Below, one piece after another: positions 35,670 through 47,484 of a DNA stretch of 64,000 nt (the first letter of the stretch is position 1; every line of letters starts with the position of its first letter). The stretch covers positions 330,394 to 394,393 of the forward strand of contig NIVC01000633.1 of assembly GCA_002269645.1 (NCBI GenBank), read 5' to 3'. Both the position numbers and the translations under genes were made by a program. The notes beneath the pieces are model-generated. The model ran no database searches. It was given only the letters and a program-made list of their open reading frames with translations, and was not told where the DNA came from. The DNA comes from Macrostomum lignano. Lineage: Eukaryota.

Positions 35670-36860
35670 GGCGACCACGGGCAGCTGGTGCTGCGGTGTA
35701 GCGCAGGGAGATCCGGTGGTGACGGTGTCAGCAGCGCGGTCCCCCTCCAGAGAGTCCAGGAGGTGAATGGTCGCTCGCCCGCGGTAGCCTTTAAGTAGCG
35801 GACGAGCTGGCAGAGATTCTCGGGCCTGAAAAATGTCGGAAAGGTCCGGGTGTTGGCCGAGACAGGTGAGCATCGAGAACCCCATTCACCTCTAGGTCAG
35901 TGTTGCAGATGAAGCCGGCGAAGGAGATGGCCGGTCTCACAATGGCAGTGTAAATCCACCAGAGGCGGCGGGGGTGAGGCCCCAGGTAGCGCCGAAAGCT
36001 CTGCGGATCTGCGCGAGAGTCGCAGGAGCTCTGCGGGCTTTGGTGTGTGGGGTCCAGCTCAACGTGGTGGAGGGTGACGCCCAGACATCTGGTTTGTTTC
36101 TCCATGGCAACGGGTTTGCCATAGAGGGAGAGCGGTTCGATCCTCAAATTTCGGCGGCTGGTGAACATGATAGCCACGGTTTTAGACTCAGAGAACCTGA
36201 TGCCGCAGCTGTGTGCCCTGCTCAACAATAAAATAAAACAAATCCAAATAAACACTCAAGCGCTTGGCACGGTGGATGAAGGCTTGGAGGAGGTCTCTGA
36301 GGACCGCGGGTGATGGTCCAGCCACAGTGGCGGTAACATCATCCGCATAGCCGACCTTCTGAACCGGGTCCGGATACGGCACGGGCTGCAGAGCAGCTTG
36401 TCCATGGCTAAGTTCCAGAGGATCGGGTTGAGGACCCCACCTTGCGGTCCACCTTTCTGGACCTCCACAGAGCGGGAGTGTCCCAGGAGTTGCGAGATGG
36501 CAGTACGATGAGAGACCATGTACATGATCCAGCGAGTGAGGTGCTCGTGCGTGCCCCAGGATCATCAATGTCGAGGAAAAGTGAGAGCGCTCTAGCTTGT
36601 CGACAATGGCATGCAGCGCACTTTCAATGGAGCGTCCAGGTCGAAAGGCGTGCTGGTTGGGGGAGTGAGGGGAGTTCCTCAGCTCCACGAGGAGGGGGCG
36701 CCAGAGCACCAGCCGTTCCATCAGATTGAGGGAGAAAGACGTCAGGCTGATGGGGCGGTAAGCTTTGCCAGAGTGATAGTCTCCCTACCCTAGTTTGGGT
36801 ATGAAGACTACCGTGGCCTCTTGCCAGGTTTTTTTAAACTTAGCCTTGTGGAGGTTGCAG
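35670..36860 (-). mobile_element. Degenerate non-LTR retrotransposon RT fragment (R1/LOA-like)
   Basis: Frameshifted motifs WQEATVVFIPK, KAYRPISLT, QHAFRPGRSIESALH, GGPQGGVLNPILWNL, GYADD, KTVAIMFT, WIYTAIVRPAI. Confidence 0.85.
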
Positions 36861-37206
36861 AGGAGCCGGGCCCTGACTTTAGTTATCGTGTACACTTTCT
36901 GTGCCTTGTGGGTGGGCCCTCAGAGACGTTAATTGCACTAGCAGAGCCGAGCGGAGATTCCAATTAAGCCTTAAATTAATGTGACTGCACTTGGAATCGA
37001 TGAGTTGCCTAATTATAGCGCGGCACCATCGCATCATCTTAAATGCTTCCTTGGTTGCAAGAGACTGCATGCCGGCCATAGAGGGTGATCTCTGGCGCGA
37101 AGTGCTGGCGTGTTCGCAGAAGCATTCAGATAGCAAAACTGAGAAATTGAATTCCCAACTGCAGTGAAAGTGCTCATCAGTCAAGGCGGATGCCCTTCTG
37201 CCCAAG

Positions 37207-40200
37207 ATGAGTCAGCATCTGCTCATAGGCAGGCTGAAAAGATTCCTGCCGTGCAGGGGACGGAAGTGCGATGGCGAGGCGGCGCATCTCACGACAGACG
37301 AAGACGGCGACACCAACGGTGGCGGCGTCGAGTCGGCGACGGAATCCTGGACAACCGGAACTCCCGGATCAACGCAGTGCCGGCCGCTGCCACAGCGCGC
37401 GCATCGGCGCCGGCGGAGGCTGCAGCGGAGCGTGGTCGGTGCAGATGCCAGGTGAGCAATGAGCACAGTTGGTGGCACTTTTACTGTAGTGGGTACGGAG
37501 TTTTTCAGACGAGAAAGTATTTTTCCGACTTGTCTTTTAATCGTTTTAGTAGATCTTAGCGACAGGATTACACTTTAAATTTTGTGAACAGCGAAATCTC
37601 ATGCTTGAGAAGTATTAAAATAACTCTTTCAACAAATAAGAAAAGCATAGCTTTGCTGGAGTTGCGTTTCCTAGAACTCCAAAAAGAATCTATTCATCAA
37701 GCATTGAAAAGACTTTGTAGAAACTTGGGTTGGTTCGGCTGCCCAGACCAAGTACTGTGAATGCGCCAGTACGAACTGGCGTAGTGACGCTCTGGCAAAA
37801 TATACACCACCCCTGACCTATTAAGCTTCCCAGAAAACCTAACTCAAAAAAGCAGACTGATTACTATGCAGAAGCCGAATATCAGCATCGCTGGATATTT
37901 GACCTTGCAGTCAATCGTACTCGACGTACTCAATCGGCTATTCTGATTGATCTTACCCGTCACGAACGTAGCTGACTAAATAATGGATTTATTTATGCAT
38001 ACGTGCTCAGCGTACTAAGCAGCTCTAAGTGAGCAGCCAATCGATTATATATTGATTTTAGAGACAAACACTTAAGTGCAGGCACTACAAATTAGACAAC
38101 TATATACAGGGCTGTACTTGAAGAAGTCAGTCGTGCCCACCGCGTGCCTTCCCACTGGATTTGGGTCTACTGTTACCTCAATATAGTGCAGGGCCCAAAA
38201 GCCCCCATCCTTGCGAACAAACCAGCTAAGCAACTGGGACTCATGTCATGACGCACGCAACTCATTTTCCAAAATCCCTGGAGAATTGTTTCATTACATA
38301 CTGTTTCTGCCAGAAAGGCCTGTGCTGGTTAATTGACGTGATGGAACGCGTATCAACCGTTTTGAGCCAGTGCACATCTGCATTAATAGCGACTCGCCAC
38401 GCAGCGGCCAAACAGCTGCTGACGTCTCCCCGCAGGATTGCGCGGCCAATCACGCTCCGCACACATCGACGGAATCGGCGCGAACCCTGGACGATGAGGT
38501 CACGATGGGAACCTGCGGTCAAGTCAGTGTCGCCTCGGAGAATCGCATTGTTTTGACGCCAAAGTCTATCGTGCAATTGTCGGAGTCTCAGCTGCGCTCA
38601 CCATCCGCTCTTAGCAATGCTGCCGTAGCTGCTGGCGCTGTCACCAGTTCTACGACTACATGCAATGAACTTGACGCTGATCGAACAGGCATTCTTGATA
38701 AAGCATCGGCTGGCGACGCTGCTGCTGGCTGTCCCAGCAGTTCGGCTGTTGAACGAAGCACCGCTAGTCGAGCCTCGATGCGAACAGCTGTTGGCGCCGC
38801 GACCGCGGCCTCTTCTGCCGATCGACAGCTGGAACTCAGGTCAGTTGGCAACAATGTTGGCGCTGCCAAGGATGAGCAGGACGAGGCCAGTAAAAATATT
38901 TTAGCAGACTGCCAAGCCGAAATCTGCCAGCTTCAAAGTTATAGTAGCAAGGGTGAGTACCTGTTGAATACCTGTTCGAGTGGATTAGTTGAACCTGGAC
39001 AGCTGAAGCAAAACAAATTTTGCTGGAAGGCCGGTTTTCGCTGAAAAGTGCACTAGCGAGATTGGAAACTTTTAGTTTATCACCTTCATAATAATTACAA
39101 ATAATTACAAACAGAGCAATTGTGTGTCAAATTTTGTGAAGTGAACTTAAATTTTTTTAAAGAAAATGTTTAAAAAAGTATTTTTGTAGACTGGCATCGA
39201 CCAAGATACGTTAATATTTTCTTAACGGTTTTTTGCAAAGATTTGTACTTTTGCATAGAGCTGAGTGGGGTTTTACAGCCATTCGACGTCAATTACACCG
39301 ACTTTCAGCCGATGTATGACGTCTTTATCCGTCATTGTCGGCGACACCAACTGGTTGAATTTTGGTTGAAATTGGTTGAACTTTGCTTGCTTGTTGGTCT
39401 CTTTTAGAGTTTCAAAAAAGGTCCCAAACGAAATTTGTACGATTTGCGAGTGAGTGTGTCGTATTTCAGTTGTCCATGATCTTAAAACATTACCGCTGCT
39501 GTTTCAGCGATAGACGCGCCATTTAACGATTGCGATCACTCGGCATCCGAAGATTTGGTGGTTTCCGAATATCTGGTGCAGGAGCGTCTTAACTTGCAGT
39601 CGGACCAGGTCAACCAGGTTGTTAACAATGCCCTGCTCAACTTGCAGCACCAGCTCAAAGCTGAGCTGTGCGAAGTCAGTTGTCGGGAAACCGGATCACC
39701 GTCTAATTGTAAGAAGCAGCATGGGGAAGCACTTTGTGTTTGTAGACAAACAGTTCATCAAATCCAAGACACTTTATTTCGATCAATAATTCTAGATTCT
39801 AGCGAGGCAATTCATCTGTCAACAAATTTGTCTAACGTGGCCACTCTGGTAAGCTGAAAATAGTTTTGCTTTTCCCATCGACACGAACTACAAAGGACAC
39901 TCGGGTTGGAAGCGTCCACGACAAAACCTTTGGGCCGTAATCAGGTAGTCTCGCAGTGCAGTCTGATGGTCATCACGGAACAAAAGGCGACCAAAGCAAG
40001 TCCAATCAGCCGAGGTCCAATAACTATTCTTGAAATCGATTTAGTAGATTCTTTTTTCCTACTCTATGACAGCCGCCGTGACAATGTCACCATACTCTTT
40101 TACTCTTGTACTGCTTCAAGGTCACAATTAAAAACAACTTTTTAGTTTTCTGACTAACAACTTGTCTTATAGAAAGCACTGCACTTGCAGTCTGCAGCTC

Positions 40201-41751
40201 GTACTCTATGCTCTCTTCCTAATACCATTGTCAGCTAAATACTAGCAACTTGGCAGCTAGCAACCAGAACGCCTGCGAACAGCGTCTGCCGCCACCGCTG
40301 ATAATGAACTTTGCGGCAGTGGCGGCGTCTTCAGCGGCTTCGACCGAGTACTCTGGACTGCCCGAGCCGAAAACCAACGCTAGCGTTACTGCCAGCGCCG
40401 CCAGCGAGTCAACCAAAGGCGGTGAGTTACAGACTTCTCCGGCCGGCGCAGTCGAATGTAACGTCAACGAGCATCCCACCTCTTCTGGCGACGCGAGGGA
40501 CAGAAAAAGCAACAGGTGGTTAATAGATGAGTTATCGCTTTAGTTCTTAGCTACGAGTATATTTACGTTGGTAATTTCTCGCAGAATCAGTACGATTATG
40601 ACCAGTTTGTCCTGCCAAACTAAAGCAGTCTCTCCTCCCATCTCAGCTGTTTTCTCACAATTGCTTTCCTTCCTCTTCTATTAATCTGTATCTCTCCAAG
40701 AAACATGCGACTTGTTAAGATCCCAACGACTGACTAAATGAAATGATATTGTAGATTAACAAATGACTTGATAGTTTGATACCTTAGAAACACTTAGCAA
40801 GAAGCTGGTTTTGGAGTTAAAATATGAAAAAATACTTTTCCTGTCGAAGGGACAACCTTCTTAGCTTGTTGAAGTTCTTAACATTATTAACTTGATTTCA
40901 ATGCGAGGGTTTAATTTTTCATCCACTGGCCCGCAGAAAGTCGACCGTTAGCCCGGAAAACAAATGCCCCATCAGCTGCGTCCTAACGTCGGCCGATTCT
41001 AGGATCTTTGTCGGCGACTCTGACGAGCCCCCGGTGGAAGCTCCCGACGCGCGCTTGATGAGCTCGGAGATTCAAAGCCGAATTAGCGGCTTGCCATCAT
41101 CGTCTGAGTCGGGCAGACTGGGCACTCTGTCCAGCAGTCGGTGCACCAACATTTGCCAGGCCTTGCAGAGCAACGTCTTGATGGACAGGTAAATCAAACT
41201 GAGCATAGTTGGCTTGAGTACCAGGTAATCATACATTCCTCATCTGTTCTGTTCTGTCCTGATCCATCATCTGGAAAATCTCTATGTTTTCTTTTTATTG
41301 AAAGGAGCAATGTCACGTACTTAAAAGTAGATTTTCCAGTGTTTTTAAACTCTCAACTGAGCCTTCGGTGGGCACCTATCTTTATGAGTAAGTAAATGCT
41401 ACCTGCATGATATACTGCTCATTGTTCCAATTGGCCCCCCCCCCCAGATACTTGTCAAAGCGTGACGTCAGCGAGGCCACCCGAATCTGGCACAGGCAGC
41501 GCTGCGCCTACATCACGGCTGATTTAGTGCAGAAGGTGCTGCAGAATTCAGTCGACGCTAGCGAAGTGCCCGCAGCTAGCAGTGCCGCCGCAGTCAAGGC
41601 GTTCAACAGCAGCACCAACAACTCGGTGGAGCTTGGCGTCGCCCCGAGCTCGAGGCCGCCAGTTCTGGCAGTTGCACAGCCGGCAGGCGTGTTTAGACGA
41701 CCGATGGCTCACAGAGCACCCGGTCTGTCGTCCATTGCTAAGAAAATTTGA
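37207..41751 (+). CDS. Uncharacterised 6-exon gene, 639 aa, largely disordered
   Basis: Exons 37207-37451, 38390-38952, 39508-39848, 40235-40515, 41003-41188, 41448-41751. All introns GT-AG, phases 2,1,0,2,2 match at both ends, total 1920 nt ending in TGA. Confidence 0.75.
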
Positions 41752-42674
41752 ACCCTGCTACTTCAAGAAGACCAGTTTTTATGGGACAATCATTTATCAG
41801 TTGCAGAGACAACGATATCAATATGGTCACTGTTTATAGAGTTCCAGAGTCAGTCGGAGCTAAGGATATAAAGAGGGCAAGACAAAGATGAATTGTAGTT
41901 AGAGAAACTCGCCATGACTGATTTGCTATGCTAATTTTGAGCTGCTCGCTGCCTGTCTGTAAATGCAGACTCGAACTTTGGATTGGAAGGCGAGAGTCAC
42001 TTATCTGAAGTAACCACTCAAAGATATTTGCTCCACCGCACTCAACTATAAAGTTTGCAGTTGCATTCCTTAAAGATAAATAATAATCCTGAGCTTAAAC
42101 TGAAAAATGAAGTGACTATATTGAAGCTCTAGCTATTTGCGTCGAACTGTCTTTTGCGAATTGATTGTCTTGATGGAAAGTATCAATTTTTTGGTGCTGT
42201 GAAGTTTTCAGTTTTTTACTATTTCTGCAGCAATAACTTACACAAGTACTGGAATTTAACCAACTCCTCCTCCACCGGCTGAATTTATACAGAATAAATA
42301 TTTTTCCTAAACGACTTTTTATTTCTTTCGCCGTCGCCGCCACAATTACCACGCGGGATTGAATTTGCGTAAATTTTAAAATCGCAACTTTGCAGTTTTG
42401 TATATGCAAAAGACTAATCGATTAGGCTCTATGAAGTGCAATTGCATGTAAATATACAGTACGTGTATTTTGTGTTTGACCACTATAGTAACCCTAGCAT
42501 GCAAATGTCGCTCTCGTACTTATCGAAAGTTCGGATATCAAATGCCTCACTCGATAGCTACTATCACATACACGTACATATGCATGCCGTGGCCCTTCAC
42601 ATCTTAGTTGCCTTCAATGCATGCATTTAAATAAATTCTGTGAGCAGGAATTTAGTCATTGTCCGTGACTATAA

Positions 42675-42984
42675 AAACAACAACAACAAAAAAAATACAG
42701 CAGCCCTTTTGGACAAGCCAAACTAGCTTTGTTGCTGTCAAATTAAAAGCGCGCGCAAGCGCAGAGTTGTGCGCAGAACAGCGAGTCCGCGAGGGTCAGA
42801 AATCTCTGCGTGTCTATAGAAGCAGGTCGACGAATCGCAGACTTCTCGCCTGACCAAAGCCGCCGCGGCCATTAAAGGGACAAGCAGCAGCACATCCTGC
42901 AGCGGCTTAGGGGATTACTGCTCTGCTTGGATGACGTGGCCGACCGTGTTGGTGGTGGCGGTCGGCAAGTAGCGAACACCGAAG
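42675..42984 (-). mobile_element. 5'-truncated, diverged second copy of the 3' end of the adjacent RTE element
   Basis: Aligns by eye with 42993-43375, including a (GTT)n tail, with an internal deletion. Confidence 0.75.
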
Positions 42985-42992
42985 GCAGCTCG

Positions 42993-45900
42993 CAGAACAA
43001 CAACAACAACAAACTACAGCAACCCTGGGCAAGCCAATTAAGTTGGTTTGCTGTCAAAATGCGCGCGCAAGCGCAGATTTGCGCAGAGCAGCGAGTCCGC
43101 GGGGGTCGGAGATTTCAGCGTCTCTTAAAAGCAGGTCGACGAAACGCAGACTTTTCGCCTGACCAAGCCGCCGCGGCCCTTGAAGGGATGGCAGCAGCAC
43201 GTCTTGAAGCGGCTCAGGGCAGTACTGCTCTGCCCAGATGACGTGGCCGCGGCCAGCTGTAGGCGCCGGATGTGCAGCAGCTGGCTGGGTCGGGAGAGCT
43301 GGGCCCGTCGGTATAACTCGTCATTGCTGGTGTTGGTGGTGGCGGTCGGCGAGTAGTGGACACCGAAGGGGCTCTTAGGAGTCCAGCGTGAGCGGCCTCG
43401 AGTTGCCGCTCCTGCGGGCCGTTCAGTGTCCACGTTTCAGCGTTGTAAAGGAGGACGTTTTCAATGACGGTCTGGAACAGCCGCCCTTTCAGCCGATCCG
43501 GCAGCGTGGGGCTCTGCAGGACAGTCCGCACGGTGCGGAATGCGCCCCACGCAAGCGCCCTGCGCCTTGCCATGTCCTCCGTGATGCTTGGCACCAGACC
43601 ACCGAGGTGGACGAACTCTTTGCAGCGGGGCAGCAACGCCACCTGCCCGTTCGTGCAGCGGCAGTAGATCTCAGCTGGGAGGTTCGTCGGGACGGTCAGC
43701 ACCATCGTCTTTTTGGTATTCACGGACAGTCCGATCGCAGCGGCCGCCGCCGTCAGCTGGTCTAGCAGGCGTTGAGCTCCTTCAGCTGTGCTAGACAGCA
43801 GCGCTGGATCGTCCCCGTACGCTAGGACGGAGAGTCGCTTCTCGGGGTGCCGCCTGCTTGTTCTGCGGCAGAGCAGGAATCCTTTGGAGAATCCTTTGAA
43901 CAGAAAAGGAGCCAAGGTGTCCCCTTGGAGAACGCCGGAAAACGTGTCAAAGAAGTCGGAAAGGCCATCTGGTGTCACAAGTGCCGCCCTAGTTTCCTGG
44001 TACAGAGCTATCACAGCCGTCACCAGCTGCTCGGGTACGTGATACGCGCGCAGGATGTTCGCGATAACCCGCCTCGACACCGAGTCAAAGGCCTTCAGGA
44101 AGTCTACGAAGATGCAGATGATGGTCGACTGGTGGATGCGGGCCTCTTCTAGAATTCGACGCAGAGCGAGAATTTGGGTCACGGTGCCTCTGCCTGGCCG
44201 GAATCCATTTTGCTCGCGCCGAAGGAACGGGTCCAGCACTGGCTGCAGCCGCGACAGCAGAACTCTGTTAAATAGCTCAGCTGTGCAGGACATTAGCGAA
44301 ATCCCGCGATGTTCTTCGACCTTGACGGAACCTGGTTTCTTTGGGATCCCAACGATATGCGCAGTCCGCCACTCAGCAAGGGCGGGGCCCCCAGCTAGCA
44401 CGTAGTTCATCACTCGTGTGACTTCCAGCGCGACTTGCGGGAGGCGCAGCACTTCGACAGGCACGTCATCTGGTTCAGTAGCCTTGTTGCCTGGCGTCTT
44501 CTTTGCAAGTTGGAGCACCTCGTCGATGGTGATGGGGCTGATGTTAAAAAGGACTTCTCTTCTTGCAGTGCAACCTCCGCCGTGGGCAATGACATGTCCC
44601 TTAGCGGCATCGGAGGTGCGTCGACGATGCCAGACAAGAAAGTCCGCAGTTCGTTTCGCCTCTTTTCGGGGTGTCACTCGCCAGTTTCAGAGCGTTGCGT
44701 TTCTTGCGGCTTGTACGCTGATTGACGACCGACCAGACGGCATGCGGTTTCTTGTCGGGACCGGCGTCTGTGATCTCCTGAATAACAACGGTTTCTACCG
44801 CAGTGCGTTCCCGGGCCTTAAATGTCTCCGCTAGAGTCTTCTCTCCTTTCTCCGCAGGCTGTCCGCTCCTCCACAGTCTCTCCACTGTCATCCGGGCCTG
44901 CCGCAGCATTTCGTCGTTCTGCCACACTGGCCGACTCTTTGCTGCTGGCTTCACCAGCGGTAGCGTTTTGGTAGCGGCGGCTTGGATGGCAGCGCTGATG
45001 TCCGGGTACTCGGCTGGGGTTTTTGTGCCCGGCCGTCCTTCCAGCGCCTCGGCAAATGCCAGACAGAAGCGAACACTTGTAAACCGGGTCGCGTAGGGCA
45101 CGGAAGTAGCGCTTAGGCTGTTTTTTGGTGGTCTATGGATCCGTAAGGCGCAGGTCGCAGTAGAGCAGCCTGTGGTCTAATCGCACTTCCAGCGGAGCCA
45201 CTGTTTCGCTGTTGGTCACTCGTCGTCGCTCTCGTCGGCGAAGCAGCACGTGGTCGAGCTGTGCAAGTCCCTTCCTATCAAATTTTTCACACACGTGACC
45301 GTTTGCCAATTGGCCGTTGGCCGTTTGCAAACGTTGCCAATCTGTGAAGCGGCTTCCTGAACAGCGTGTTTACTGAGACCAGGTCGTGGCAGTCCCATGA
45401 AATCCACTTAGAGCGTTATAATATTATTGTTTTCGCGTGGGGTTACATAGCGGGTGCGCTCGGACTTTAGCATGGCAGCGTTGAGGTCTCCGGGGGTACC
45501 AGTACAGTGTCACGTTGAGTGATCTTCTCCAGCTGCGCTGACAGGAACTCCAGGACTGCCGGCGGTGCTCCACCGCTAGATGCGCATGGTCGTGGGCAAG
45601 GACTTCCTAGACTAACTAGACTAACTAGTCTAGAAGTCCTTGGTCGTGGGGTGCATACAAGTATAGGCACGGAAGAGCCGCATACGCGTGTGGAATCGAA
45701 TGTCGACGCGCAAAAGCCGCGGTGACAGGCTCTTACAGCGTGCACTTTGCTGAAGCCTTGGCCCTGTTAGAAGGCCAATTCCTCCCCGGTCTTTCAAATC
45801 TGCTACATATTAGCTGATGTAGAAGCCAACCGCTGCCTAATGTGCTCCTGGTGAAGCCCAGGCTCGACCGTTAAGGAGAGCTCTTGCAGCATAATTATAT

Positions 45901-46280
45901 CAAGTTGTAGATCGCCTGCAAGCTGGGCCAAAAGATAGATGTTGTCTCCACTTTGCTCGCAGCGTTTGGCAGTTCCAAATGCAATTCTGAGTCGGTTGCT
46001 GTGCGCATTTTGGTTCGGCTGGGTTTCGGTGATTTGAACTTCATGGTCCCCGGCGCCACCCAGCGGATCCGCACCACCAGTTGGGAGGGGCCTGCCGCTT
46101 GCGGATCGTCGCTCGCATCCCCGAAGTCGACCACGGTGATTTCGCTCACGGCGCTGTTCTTTGCATCGGCGCTCACTTCGGTGGCCCCGCCGAGTGGATG
46201 GCCGGTGTGCCGCTCTTGGCAAGCCACAGCAGAAGCGCAGCTCTCTGCGGTAACGTGCTTGGCGGTAGCACCAGGAGGCG
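42993..46280 (-). mobile_element. RTE-clade LINE (APE endonuclease + RT), decayed, with (GTT)n 3' tail
   Basis: APE motifs LRIAF, LDIIMLQE, GGIGLL, GDLNA and DHRLL in broken frames. RT ORF 43214-44677 with HRGISLMS, QNGFRPGR, FVDFLKAFDSV, GVLQGDTLAPFLF, AYGDD, LLYNAETWTL. Confidence 0.9.
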
Positions 46281-46284
46281 GCAA

Positions 46285-46385
46285 CTTTAAATAGACTGCA
46301 ACTTTATATAAACTGCAACTTTAAATAGACTGCAACTTTATATAAACTGCAATTTTAAATAGACTGCAACTTTTAATAGACTGCA
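46285..46385. repeat. 17-bp tandem repeat, about 6 copies, at the RTE 5' boundary
   Basis: GCAACTTTAAATAGACT / GCAACTTTATATAAACT. Confidence 0.85.
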
Positions 46386-47484
46386 TATTCTTTTTGTGAC
46401 TAAGAATTCAACATTCTTTTTGAATGCAACATTCTTTTCGAATGCAACAACAGCGAAATTGGGGGCATGTCCGTTGCTTCCCTGCTGATCCTCCGTTCAG
46501 AAGCAAGTAAGAGTCGATTCGGCTCCGACTCAGAACAATAAATTATGTCTAGCAAAGTTACGATCTGCAAATCTTTTTGCAAATTTTTTCTGGTAGTCGT
46601 TAATAACGACAAAAATTTATAGCAGACTTTAGGTGAAAATGCACGAATAATTGCAAGATCTCCGTTTCACACGCTTTGCCTTTTTTAACTATAAGAAACG
46701 AACTCGACGCGTTTAACTGTTCTTTAGGCCTCTAAGCAACTGTATGTAGTTTTCTGTAACCATAAGTATATAGTGGCTACGAGCAGAACAAAGATTTAAA
46801 AAAGAGTTAAATTGATTTTAGAATAAAATACAAGATTTCAAATTTTTTGTATATTGGAAACTGGGTTAGAATATAGAATAAAATCTGATTTTTTACCTAG
46901 CGTCGTTTCGTCGATGACGATGTCGCTTATTCACACAGCTATTCACACAGTTAAAAGTTGTTACATGGTTAGGCCTATAAAGAAATATATATAGAAATAC
47001 CACAGAAATATCATAGAATATTATATAGACCTAGGCCTTAGATTGCTATCTATACTAGTGTTTTTACGTCCAATTAATCAATATTATAACTAGGCCCTAT
47101 TATTATGTGCACATTGTAGACCTAGGCCTACTAGGTCTGACTACTCTTGTCCACTTTTTGGTGTAGGCCTATGTCATCTATTGAAATGGTGTAATAACTA
47201 TTGTGCTATAATATTTGCCTTTTAACTCTACTATAGACATCACATCAGCAGTCAAACTTTTTGCACATAGCATTCTCATAGAGGTTAGTGTTGATGGTAG
47301 TTTTCTCTGCTGCCAGTTTGTCTGCCATTCTTTTGTTTGCAAAAATACAATGCAGTCATTTTGTCTGCCACTGAATATTAGAGGGTCTATTAACACTAAA
47401 TACAATGCTAATACCTAGCCTATTATAATATTAAAAAATAAATATCAATATATCTTAAAATCGTAGAAACTGTCTAACCTATAT

